In this document: piece by piece, positions 30,001 through 43,868 of the stretch
How the letters are laid out: each line of letters begins with the position of its first letter
How positions within the stretch are numbered: position 1 is the stretch's first letter
Assembly (NCBI GenBank): GCA_012295275.1
Contig: CM022669.1
Span: 18,352,001-18,416,000, forward strand
Direction: 5' to 3'
Source: Chrysomallon squamiferum
Lineage: Eukaryota; Animalia; Mollusca
DNA: 64,000 nucleotides
The notes under the pieces: model-generated
What the model was told of the DNA's origin: nothing
Seen by the model: the letters and a program-made list of their open reading frames with translations, nothing else
The model's database searches: none
Made by a program: the position numbers and the translations under genes

Positions 30001-31333
30001 ACAATTAAAGTTTTACAATTTAAAATTTACAATATACGAATTCAGCCAGATAAAATCATCAGATAACACAAATCCAATACAGAGATAAATTTCTTCCATT
30101 TTAAAAACGTCTTTCTTGCCAATTTCTGAAACGACAACGAACACCTGAATCTGAGAAAGCTTGCGAGACAATCTCATTGTAGCAAAAAGTTTTCAGAAGG
30201 GCATATCGTTTTCGCGAAACAGTTTGCGACAGAATCTTAATATATTCATAAATAAATATTGCTCGACTCTGAACAAGCAAGAACGTCTTGGAAAAGTCGT
30301 ATACGCTTACACTGGAGCGATATGAAATCGTGTTGATCAAGCGGTTCATGATATCGCTCAGTACACACGGACAACAATCGTATATGTACATTTCATTTGT
30401 GGCTGAGAAACGCCCAGCGCACCCCGTTGTCGAGATGAGGCCCCCGTTTTACGCTTTTGTTGAGAAGATGAATTTCTTTAGTCGCGAGGTATGAATGGAA
30501 TTCTTACAGCGAGTTTCAATACCGGCCTGTACGGGAGTCAAATTTCGTTACGGGGCACAATAAAAAAAAAAAGAATAAAAAAAAAAAAAAAAAAAAAAAG
30601 AAGTAAAATCTTTATTAAGAGAATTGTTTATCTTTTGTTCGTGAGCAACGCTTAGCATATGCGAAGAAATCGCTTATCTAACGACCTATTTTTCGATCAA
30701 AAAGTTTTATTTATTTAACCGTTACGTTTTGTTTTCGACAAATATTTGATTTCGTAACATTCTTTCTGTTCTCGTGATGCGGGTTTGACACTAGCCGTTT
30801 GGTACCCCCCACCCCCAACAGCACCCCCTTTAATCGCTGCTGGATTCGACCCTGTTTTAGGTTACTGTTTGACAACATATTGTGATTTAATTTTATGACT
30901 TAACTCCCGTAACTTAATCTTACTTTACTCAGTGTAGAGAAACATTCAAGACTGCAGAGAAGTAAATGTGCACCCAATTTAAATGAATAACATATTTATC
31001 TTAGAAACCAAAGAAATTTTAAAATGTGCTTCGGTTATAAACAGCTACTGATATATGTATTTCTATAGTAGACTGTTGCAATGACAGGCTTTTTGTTTGT
31101 TTGTGTATGTGTGTATTTCTCTGTGTGTGCGTATTTCTGTGAGTGTGTGTGTGTGTGTGTGTGTATTTCTCTGTGTGAGTGTATTTCTGTGAGTGTGTGT
31201 GTGTGTGTGTGTATTTCTGTGAGTGTGTGTGGGTGTGTACGAGTATCTGGTTTTCTGAATGTATTTTTATATTACATCGATTTCAATTAAATAATAATTA
31301 ATTAATTTATCTCTATTAAACATTTATACAAGC

Positions 31334-31380
<47 letters not shown>

Positions 31381-31533
31381 GAGTGTGATTAATAATTATT
31401 ATACAATACTAAAATATTAATAATAAATAAACAAACAAATAAATAACAAATACAAAAAAAGAATGCAATAACTATAACAACAACAACAAAACTATTATTA
31501 ATAATAACAGTAATAACAAAAATAACAACAACA

Positions 31534-31570
<37 letters not shown>

Positions 31571-32591
31571 TAACTATCGAATTACGTCACAACCGGATTA
31601 CAAAAAAAAAAAAAAAAAAAAAAAAAAACCCACACAGGAACCATTCTGTCACTTTTTGTTTTCATTTCCAGCACTTCTGCCATCACCCTACAAATTAATC
31701 TGGCACCGCCCCAGTTGCTCAGTTCAAGGAGAAATGATTTGCCAAGACAAAAATAATTGAATTTTACGACGAGAGCTTGTCCAATGTTACTACGAGTCTG
31801 CGGCTTGGAGATCTCGTCGGTTCAGTGCAGTAGATGCTGGTGTTTAACACTGGACCCAAGGCACCGCCACGAAATTCAATTATAAAATATATGGTACGGT
31901 TAAATTGAATATGCTGGAAGATCCAACGCGTCTTTCCTTGTCAGGAGGGGGGTTTTGGGGTGGGGTGGGTGAGCAAGGTGTGGTGGAAGTGATACTTAGT
32001 AACGTGAGAAAGTTGCTCAGTGGAATTTATTTGTCGTTTATTACTTGTTGTTTTTGAAATTAAATCTTTTAAACTAGCTTTTTTTTTTTTTTATCCCTCG
32101 TTTATTTCCTTCCTGCTTCTTTCTCTCCTTCCTTCTTTCATTCCTCCCCATATTTGTTTACTCTTTCATTCCTCCCTTCTTCACGTTTCTCCTTTCTTTC
32201 ATTCTTTGTTCATCCTTTTCATCCTCTCCTTTGTTTATTCTTTAATTTCATGTAAATATTGACATTAATGTTGTTTTTTTTAATGTTTTTGTGTTTATCA
32301 TTTGGTACAGTTCAACTTAAGCAGGTCTTTAAAAAATCGAAGACATTAAAAAGAAGAAGAAAAAAAATCCTTTACAAATCTTTTTTAATTTGTCGCAGAA
32401 GATTCTGTTAATAACAACACTCAGCGAAAAAAAAAATATATATATTTATCTTACTCCTTCTTTCATCTCTGTGAAATTATTTTAATTAATGTGCTTTTCC
32501 TTATAACAATGTCGTTTCCATGGCAACCAACAATGCGCGAAGATTGAAAATAAGAGCGGTAATCGAAATGATAAAATATGCGTTTGTTGCT

Positions 32592-32644
<53 letters not shown>

Positions 32645-32946
32645 TGTTGTTGTTGTTGCTGATGCTATCATTGCTACTGCTACCAAAAGTATATGTGGTA
32701 TATAGTACACTAAAATCATATATATATATATATATATTTATATATATCCACCGCATAAATAGTCGTCTTTTAATTATCGTTTTTTTGCCTTATAATGTAA
32801 ATAAATATATAGATAGAAAAATAAATGTACGTACAATTGTACTTCATTGATTTAACTACATTTATTTAGCGGATAACGACTAATAAATCTACTTTCTCAG
32901 ACTCATAAATAATGTTTTTATTACATTTTTAATATTAACAAGGTAA

Positions 32947-33016
<70 letters not shown>

Positions 33017-33524
33017 TAATATAATATTACTCCACAAGAATCAACCTTTACGAGCTACGGATATATTACTGAAATGATAAAACCTCAGATGATGATGATG
33101 ATGATGATGATGATGATAAGAAGAAGAAGAAAAATGAAACGAAGAAGAGAAGAATGAGAGAAAAATAAGAAGAATTTTTTTTTTTATGGCAGTTACTTCT
33201 TGTAATAGTTGTGACAATCCCTTTGTTCTGTTGGTGAATTCAGCAGTAATGTTAATATTTATTTATTTATTTATTTATTGTAACATTTCATAATGTCAGA
33301 TAAAAATAACAGAAAAAGAAATTAAATAAAGAATTGCGATAAATCCTTCATGCAATTTTTCATGTCAGAAATTTAAAAAAGTCCGTTGGTGATAATTCCC
33401 ATATGTAATTTCTTGATGTCGAAACTTTTAAATAAACCGCAGACGGTAATACCTTCATGTGATTCAGATATCGCAAATATTGTAAAATAAGACCTTGAAC
33501 AGCGTAAAAATCGTAATAACAGAA

Positions 33525-33556
<32 letters not shown>

Positions 33557-33866
33557 CAGACAAATATTTATACTACGACTGAAAAAAGAATGAATAAATA
33601 AAATAAAATAAAATAAAATAAAATAAAATAAATAAGCATGAAATAAAATAAAAAAAAATAAAGTAGCCTGTCACCTTTAATAATAGACCAAACACACAAA
33701 TCAGACGACAAAACATATTCTAAAAGTACTTAATCAGAAATTCACTGAATGAATTATTTAGTTTTTACCAAAACAAATTTAAAAAAATAAAACAAATAAT
33801 GAAATAAAAAATAAAAATAAATAATAATAAAAAGATGAAGAACAGAAGAAAGCAGATTTGTGTGGC

Positions 33867-33931
<65 letters not shown>

Positions 33932-35618
33932 TAATAATAATAACAAAAATATAAAAAAACCACTTTTCAGAAAAATGAAATTACTTGGCAGGAACTGACG
34001 AACAATGGAGAACGGGTTAATTTTGTAATGACAAGCAGACGACGAAATGTCAGGGCGGGAAGGAACATCGATAGACGATTTCACTTGGAACACAGATTTC
34101 TTCAAAGATTGAAACGGTCGTTTAGCAATAATTCTTGATGCTCATATACACAGTTTATCGATTTAGCACCCCCGACAGGCAAGGTCACCCACATAACAAG
34201 GTTTGTCATGGTCCAGCGAGGAGCCATGCATTTTAATAGCTTTTGTTGTTGTTATTACTGTCGTTGTTACTGTTCTTATTGTCGTTCTTGTTGTTGTACT
34301 TCTAGTTTTGTAGTTGTAGTTATTATTATTGTTGTTGTTGTTGATTATTAACTGTAACTGAATAAGTTGAAAGTTTTCCAAGTATTGTCTATAGTTGTTT
34401 TCAGTAAGGGAGTATGTCCTTTGTACCAAATAAATAAATATTAAAAATAAATAAACGAACTGCAAGTGACCGCGATAATAAAGTATGAGATTATATTTAG
34501 AAATTTGTCATGGTTTTAAAGTACAATAGATAAACGTGTGGCTGTTGATTAAAATTACTGATTTAAAAAGATCATAAATAATTTATTTATTTACTGTTCT
34601 TATTAGTTATTCGTTATTCACATTTTTAGTTATCATCCTCTTAAAAAAAAAAAAAAATAAACAAAACAACTGAATAAAATAAAAATAACGTAAAATAAAA
34701 TGAACGACATTAGAACCAAAACACTCAAAAACAACGAAAGAAAACAAAAAAAAAAAAAAAAAAATTGTACAAAATATCAAACTATCTAAGGAACGCAACA
34801 AACCAAATATTGATTGGGAACCCGCAATAAATAATTTTTTCTCCCCCCCCACACACATTTTGACATGCCAGAAAAAAAGCCGAAGCAATCGTTTTAACTT
34901 TTCTATCAGTTTTGCCGCTTTCCGCGGCCCTCTAACAAACTGATATGACATTTGCGCCTGCAAAATGCGGAGTTCCTCAAAGGCCATTTGTGGATGAATT
35001 TGGCACACGCCACCATTGTCGAAAAATTGAGCAAATACATCGCTGGCCAAACCAATATTGGAAATTTTGTAACCGATGCAATAACAAAGTACATCGCCAT
35101 TTGCCTCTTCGGCTCTCGCTTTTCCTTCGTAGGGTCGTAAATTCGATTTGCCCACAAATTTAGCCACGTTCGGTGTCGCAGACGTTCTAGCTATTTATTC
35201 TCATATTTTCTGCATTCGGTTCCCATGTTCGACAAAAAGAATATTGGATCCTTGGTTCCGGGGTTACTTTGCTTTATTGGCCATAACGAGGCTGCGTCCC
35301 GGAGGCTGCGAAAAGATTTGTTTTGCCTGCTGCTGCTGCTGTTGTTGTTGTTGTTGTTGTTGTTGTCTTTCAGACGTGCTAAAGTGAACACAATCGAGGA
35401 GAAGATAATTCTGTTCTCATTTCCGATCATTATTCGTTCACGCTGACAAGCAAACATGTTGCAAATGCGAAATTTCTGAGTGATTGAACACGCCGAATAG
35501 ACCTGTCATTATTTTAGCCTCGGTAATTATTTGAATTGTTGTATTGACTCGAATTTATTGACAACGTTTATGGCAGACGTAATTCAGCCATTAGTATTTA
35601 AACATCACCGGAACGTAC

Positions 35619-35695
<77 letters not shown>

Positions 35696-36409
35696 TCCCT
35701 CTCACCCTCTCTCTGTATATCTCAATCACACACACACACACGCACACATACACACATTATTATTATTATTATTATTTAATATAGGACAGGAAATCGACTA
35801 CTCATTATCCTACTCATGTAATCGATAAAAGAAAGAAAGAAAAAAAGGATCGTTCATTTTGCATGTCGCATTTGTCAATCGAACGTGTCGCGAGCGCTGC
35901 TCAACGCATTTATGCACGTGCTTCAAGTGTACGCGTGTTAGTTTAAGGAAAAGATAACTCCGAGGTCTGAACCGCGTGTCACGCCCTGTGATCTGACGCC
36001 ACAGGGCAAAAATAATCTGCTAAGTGGAATTTTTTTATTTTTTTAAATCTCTTTATTTTTTTATCATACCCTTTTTTATTTTTTTATTTTTTTTATTTTT
36101 TTTTTTGTTTTGTTATTTGTTTGTGTAACTTGAACTGTTTTGTTTAAATTGCTTCAACAATCTAGAGTTCAAACAGGACTCGCTATTTTCGTCTTGGTCA
36201 TGAATCCGCTATTCAGTTAATGAAAGAGTCAACGGACCAAAAGGCCTGAGGATCATGCGTGCAAATTGTTTGATAATTAAAACAAGGGCGGTCTGTTAAA
36301 CGAAAACGATTAATTCCCTGTTTTTATTATCTGATCGCCTAGCGCGGGTCTGCTTCAAGCCGTGTTTGGCCTATTCCAGTTATATTTGTTTTATAGGAAA
36401 AAATACAAC

Positions 36410-36441
<32 letters not shown>

Positions 36442-36544
36442 GTACAACACACAAAGGAATATGATCTCAACATTGCAGTTTGCTGACCTTTAGATAATTA
36501 TTATTTCTGTGATAAACGCCATTCGCTGTCACTCGTACATCACT

Positions 36545-36945
36545 GAACGATATTGTGAGTAATTAGTACTTCACTTAGCTGTGGTTTTGAGTGCTTGGTA
36601 TTTATGAGTGAATTATACTTGATGTTTTTTTGAGTAATTAGTACTTCATTCACTGACATTATGAGTAGTAAGTACTTCAAACACTGATATAATGAATAAT
36701 TAGTACTTTATATTTGGTCCTTGGAGTAATTATTTCTTCGTATACTGACGTTATGAGTATTTAGTACTTCGTATACTGATGTTTTGAGTATTTAGTACTT
36801 CATATACTGATGTTACGAGTAATCATTACAGTGATAAAACTAATGTTACTACGTACACTGATGTTTTGAATAACTGTTTTTACAATCTCGGTTATGAGTA
36901 CTTAATACTTCAGTCAAGCCAGGTTTTATGAGTATTTAGTAACTG
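36545..36945. repeat. Degenerate tandem repeat of about 31 bp (TGAGTAWTTAGTACTTC..ACTGATGTT)
   Basis: gagtaattagtactt / gagtatttagtactt recur at regular spacing inside intron 2. Confidence 0.8.
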
Positions 36946-37021
36946 TGATTTTCACTAATAAATATTTAAATGTTTCCTATATCCTTGCAGTTTTTAATAA
37001 CTTCGCTTTGGAGAAAAATAC

Positions 37022-37069
<48 letters not shown>

Positions 37070-37225
37070 TATTAGTGACCTGCGTATAACCTATCAAAAA
37101 TCTCGAACTTGAACCACTGAACACATGGACATCATTAATTTACAATTCTAAATTAATTATTTCAATTAATTTTAACACGTTTGTGATACGAACCAGATTC
37201 GAAAACATAACAAAAGCAGAGATTG

Positions 37226-37268
<43 letters not shown>

Positions 37269-37580
37269 CTATTACGACTACAAGAGATTGCCCAATGGGA
37301 GTCTAAAAATAGAAACCGGAAAACATTATGAGCTACCTCTTCCGGTGGCGGCGCTTTCGGGTCACGCGCACTAGACGATTTGAAGAGGCCATCTCCGGAA
37401 AGATGACTGTCGTAGTACTCAGAGTACAAGTACCAGATACGTATCTGTTTTTTATCTGTGAAGTCACATGTGTGTACAAGAAACAAAGAAAGAAAACAAC
37501 AACAAAGAAAGTTATGATGAAATGGGAGGGGAAAAAAAAGGAGGAAATAACACTTTGAACAATGTGCTAAATGAGATAAA

Positions 37581-37614
<34 letters not shown>

Positions 37615-38265
37615 TATAAATAAATACAGTAATAAGAAGAAAAAAAAAAGAAGAAGAAGAAGAAGAAGAAGAAGAAGGAGGAGGAGGAGAAGAAGAAGAA
37701 AAGGAAAAAGAAATAATAATAATAGTCGAGGTAGTAGTTGTAGCATTAATGTTTCTAGTAGTAGTAGTAGTAGTAATGGTAATGGTAGAAGTAATAGCCA
37801 CAGTAAATAAATACACTGTTTACGCAGTGTTCAGAATGGAAAGATCGTACAATGAACAATGTTCTTCAATATTTTAGATGTCAGATTTTCTTTTTACATA
37901 TCTCTGCTCAAAAAATTACTTCATAGTTAATAATTTAAACTGAGATTATTTTATTCACTGGGCCGCGTGATTTAGATTTCCCACAAGAATTAAGATGCAG
38001 AGGAAACTGTGCTGTTGTTTTCATTTAGCATTCTGCTTTACTGAGATACAGATTTGTTGACTGCGTTTCGGTATGTTTATGTATTAATAAAGTAACAATG
38101 TTAATTAAATTAAATTTGCATTGTTTCTAGTTTGCATTTATTTATTTATTTATTTATTTATTATTTAATTAGTTAGTTATTCATTTACATATTCAGTCGT
38201 TTATTTATGTTATAGAATTAATACAATTGTTGTAACATCAATTAATGCATACATTTTTTCACTCG

Positions 38266-38302
<37 letters not shown>

Positions 38303-38393
38303 GTAGTAGTAGTAGTAGTTTGAAGGAGTAATAATAATAATAATAACAACAATAATAATTAATTTAAAAAAGCTGTAGTAGTAGAAGCAATAG

Positions 38394-38425
<32 letters not shown>

Positions 38426-38766
38426 ACAACAACAATAATAATAATTAAAACCAGGTCGAAAACACCAGTTACAAAATGTAACACCACCAATTCCAGCCTA
38501 ATTAACAAGATAATAACTAACCCCTCCCATACACTGTGACCGACACACGTGGAGTATTTTCTTTAAATTAACATCGTGTGACAGGGGCCGCTTCAAGATA
38601 TGAATTGTGTTCAGATGGAATGTGGCTTGACAATTTCGATAACAATCGTCGAATATGAAATGAATATTTATGACTAATGCTGGATGGCATCGGCTATCAA
38701 GACTAAGGCATGTCATCACCAAAAGGAACATACATGGGTTTCACGGATCTGATGATGACAAATGAG

Positions 38767-38829
<63 letters not shown>

Positions 38830-39344
38830 TGGACGGATGAATGATGATAAGGTATGATGAACATTTATTAAAGAAGAAGAAGGACAAGAGAAATTAAGAA
38901 ATGAAGGATGTATTTATGTATATATATATATATGTATTAGGAGTATTATATTACGTATATATATATATATATATGCACATACACACACACATACAGACTT
39001 ACATACATTCATTCACACGTAGAATAAGTATATTCTTCACCTGCTAGGTAAATCTGTCTTATCAGAGTATCTCAGATCACCAGATAGTGCTCTGTGTATG
39101 CGCTGTTAATATTCACTTATAAATATTAATTACTTGTGAATATATAAATTATAATCAATGAACAGAAGAAATGCCTTGGGGACATAGTCGGTCGAAGATA
39201 TGTGCGCAATGCGTACAGTTATATAATGTTTTGACGCTTTGAAGAACAAACGCATTGGTGGAAATAAATACCGATATTAAGCGAATTTCAATAGGGAAAA
39301 CATGATCTTAGAATAGATATATATATATATATATATATGTATAC

Positions 39345-39400
<56 letters not shown>

Positions 39401-39634
39401 AATATATGTACATGATTCAACAAGACTTTTTTGATATTTAGGTTTTTAAAACTTGTTATCGTTATTTTCAATCTTGTTTCGTTTGGCCTAAAGTAATGTG
39501 CATTTCTTTCATTGTTTCCTTAAATTTCTCTTCTTGATATTTTTTCGTTTGTATGCTATTTGTCTGTGTTTGTTTTCCTCTTTGTTTTTATTTTCTACGT
39601 TTAATTTTGTAGCAACTATTAAACATCTGTGATC

Positions 39635-39699
<65 letters not shown>

Positions 39700-39802
39700 A
39701 AGAAGAAGAAGAAGAAGAAGAAGAAGAAGAAGAAGAAGAATACTAATAATAGGACATAATAGATACATCCATACATAAACTCGCACGCACGCACGCATAT
39801 AT

Positions 39803-39847
<45 letters not shown>

Positions 39848-40219
39848 TCTGCTTACACACATATATTAAATACTCTCGGCAAACATAAGGACATCAAGGT
39901 CGATGTTGATGTGTGTTAAAATACAGCAACGTGTGTGACCTAGCTGGTGTGAAGTCGTTAACCTCTACCACGGCCACAGTGTCAACAGCTTCGTGTCAAA
40001 CATTCGCCAACATCAGCAGACACGGAGCTAACTTTCATCACGTCACGTCACCACGCTACAGGGGAAAACCTAGTGCCAGGGCGGGGGAGGGTGTGGGTGA
40101 TGGCGGGAAATGAGATGGGGTGAATGAGAAAGGGGATTGTATTGAACTTGCTTATTATTACCTTAGTTAATTTTGATTATTGTGAATAGTTGTTTTTGTC
40201 ATCGTCATCATCGTCGATT

Positions 40220-40257
<38 letters not shown>

Positions 40258-41779
40258 CAGTGGGAGAGGATCGATATTTCCCAGCTTTAACAGTACAACA
40301 ACAGCAACATCAACAACAACATCAACAATAACAAAATAACAAAATAACAATAATAATAAGAAGAAGAAGAAGAAAAAGAAGAAGAAGAAGAAGAAGAAGA
40401 AATAGAAGAAATGTACAGTCAGTGATTTTTTTTCCTTTTCTTAATGTCCATATTATGTACAAGTATATATTAGTCATAAGTGTGTGCCTATGTGTGTCAT
40501 ATTTAGTATATATTTATATAATCATAAAATATATATATATAGTTATTTTATCGAGTGTCATTGTTGTCTTATCAATTTTTCTATTATGTTTTCTTTTCTC
40601 TTTTTGTTTCAGCTATCGCTGTGATCCTGTGTGTTGAAATTACAGACTGTACTTCCTCTTCACGAGAGTGAGATAACTTTACTCGTGAACGGCGTGACCC
40701 GATGTTACCACTGTAAAACGTTTAACTGTTATTACAAATAACACGTGTTAAAACGAGAGAACGCACCGTTAATGTTTTAATAATCTCCCTGGCACTCAGC
40801 CAAGGTTTGCACCTGGAAATATGGGTTGAGGAGGGATGATGTATGTACTTAATTAGCAGTGCAACCCCAAAATACGCCCTAATCTTTTTTCTGTCTTTTT
40901 TTTTTTTTTTTTTTTTTTTTCGCAAACTTTCTGTTTCTCACACCCTCTCTCTGTGTCTCTCTTTCTTTCTCTCTCTTTCTCTCTCTTTCTCTGTCTCTCT
41001 CCTCTCCTGTCTCTCTATATCTCTCGTCTGCCTCTATCTCTCTGTCTCTCTCTTCATAAACTGCTGTTTGCCTTATTGTCAGTAACTGTCGATTTTAACT
41101 GTACTTTTTCTTCGCATTAAAATTTCTGTAACTCTTGCTCGTATCGATTTCCATTTAATTATGTCATTCATTAATTCTCTTAATCTGTGACACTCTCACT
41201 CAGTCTGAAACTCATCCTCTCACTCGCTCTTTCACTCGTCCATTCACTCGCCCACTGTCCCACTCTTACTACTTACCCATTCATTCAGTCGCCTTCACCT
41301 CATAATGGTCTCTCTGTACTTGATAATTGTATAAAAATCCCTTCACGTTTGGTTTCCAACGGTTTATTGATCAAGTATGTATACTAATAATTACCAGGCC
41401 ACGTGTTGCCGGCTCGAGTTAGTGTCAGGTTATGCAATATGTTACAAAATATCGCTAGAATTTGTGAGGGTCTTGCCACAAATAATGGATTATAGCTACT
41501 AAAATTAGCCACGGACGGAACATAAGTGACTGTCTTCTTTCGTTATCGCTCGATACCGAGTACTCCGTGACCTTATGAGAGAGAAACACACACTCACAAA
41601 CACACACAAATACATACATACACATAAACACTCACACACATTTACACACACATAAACTGACACAAATACAAACACACACACACAAACAGTCTCATACGCA
41701 TATATACTCACAAACACGTACTCACAAACACATACACACACATGCTTACACTCACTCACACTCTCTATATCTCTCTCGT

Positions 41780-41832
<53 letters not shown>

Positions 41833-42560
41833 CACTCAAAGATACAAACACAGACACAAGACAAGTATACCGAAATACATTCATTCTATAATATATTTTT
41901 TACCATAACCAGAGTAATGGCAATTTCTGAAATATCGACAAATACGTAAAAAATATATATATATCAAAAAAAAAAAAAAAATCACAAGATTATAGAAAAA
42001 TCCAGCTATTGGATGGATGGACAAGTAATATTAAACATACTGGTTGACAGACAGACCGATTGTGCAAGGACAAACAGACGGAAGGATACAAGTATTAAAA
42101 ACACTGACAGACAACAACAAAAAAAAAAACACACACAAAAACAGACAACAGAAAATCAGAACGCTAGAGACACTAATAACAGAGGACGGAATGATTTACA
42201 ATTACATGAAATAAAATGAATGCAGTGACCTGACATTTGTAAGTGATATCTTCTAAAACTGCATTCCTCAGCTAAACACAGTGTAACAGTTACACATCCA
42301 TAACGCCCACCAGAAGCGCACACACAACAATACAAGAATACCGAGTCGATGTTACTGCATGTATATATATATATATATACGCTCAGGTAGGCATGTGGTT
42401 ATTTATGTGCAAAGTAACACATTTAGTCGACACCCTAACAGTTGTACTGCTCTACGTAGCTTACGTGTCGAGATCGAAAAATATTACGAGGTGTTATAAA
42501 TTTAAAGCGATTTTGTTGGGCGTTTTATTTCCTTCATTTGTAATTATGAATATCTGAAAA

Positions 42561-42675
<115 letters not shown>

Positions 42676-43119
42676 GTCATGGTTTATATTGTGTTTGTAT
42701 GTTTATATTCGTGTTCATGTGAGAGTCCAGTGTTTGTGTGCGTGTGAGTTATAAATAAAACATGCCTTCAAGGACGATAACGAAATATTTATTTTTAACT
42801 TTTTCTTACACGCATTAACACCACCCAGGAACCTCTCCCCATTTAACACCTTCCGTAACACATCCATTTATAACAAAACCTAATACAAACAGATATGTGA
42901 TTTAAAGCCCGCGGAATCCCTCTTTGTCGGGTCAAAATACTTCACTACATCGACTGTATACATGTAAGTAATTAATTACTTCACTTTACTATGTATCAGT
43001 TCTGTGCTAGTCGAGTGGGGCTCTAAACAAAAAATGCGACTAAAGTTGCAGCGGATCTCATCTGTAGTGTTAACTTTCATACACTATCACTCCACACCCA
43101 TCCCAAGTATGTAGATCAT

Positions 43120-43605
43120 TTCACCCCCATTACATTAATTACTTCACCCCTACCCTTGTTACATAAATTACTTCACACCAACACTTGTTACATTGATTAC
43201 TTCACCCCTACCCTTGTTACATTAATTACTTCACCCCTACCTCCGTTACATAAATTACTTCACACCAACACTTGTTACATTAATTACTTTACACCAACAC
43301 TTGTTACATAAATTACTTCACACGAACCCTTGTTACATAAATTAATTCACTCTTATCCTTGTTACATAAATTACTTCACACCAACCCCGTTACATAAATT
43401 ACTTCACACGAACCCTTGTTACATAAATTAATTCACTCCTATCCTTGTTACATAAATAACTTCACACCAACCCCTGTTACATAAATTACTATATCCCTAC
43501 TCCTGTTACATAAATAACTTCACACCAACCCTGTTACATAAATAACTTCACACCAACCCCTGTTACATAAATTACTTCACACCAACCCTTGTTACAGAAA
43601 ATATT
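43120..43605. repeat. 29-bp minisatellite (TTGTTACATAAATTACTTCACACCAACMC)n, about 16 copies
   Basis: acttca recurs at 43141, 43170 and onward; GTTACA core every 28-29 bp. Confidence 0.92.
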
Positions 43606-43825
43606 TCATCACTTTCTCTGCACATTAAATTACGTTACCCCATCTTAAATGATTTATCGTTACCCTTGATAAAATAGGTAAATTATTCCATTCCAACCCT
43701 ATCAACCTTTCACTATTCTACACCTACTTCTTATGTCATATTACTCCGTTCCTTTCCTGATAGTTAAATAATTTCATCTCTGATTTAAATACCTTTATTA
43801 TTAACAATTAATATAAAAAAAAAGC

Positions 43826-43868
<43 letters not shown>

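Noticed and set aside
34607-35167. 186-aa minus-strand ORF as a nested gene or alternative exon
   Set aside because: No recognisable homology, it runs into poly-T low complexity, and the COUP-TF CDS is complete without it.
35983-36007. Hairpin GCCCTGTG-n9-CACAGGGC (and a similar 8-bp stem at about 18286-18317) as miRNA or terminator
   Set aside because: The stems are too short for a pre-miRNA, I recognise no mature miRNA, and intrinsic terminators do not apply to this eukaryotic locus.
37172-37816. 214-aa ORF and the many ERER/SLSL/YIYI/CVCV/NNN ORFs across the window
   Set aside because: Translations of microsatellites that lack stop codons in some frames.
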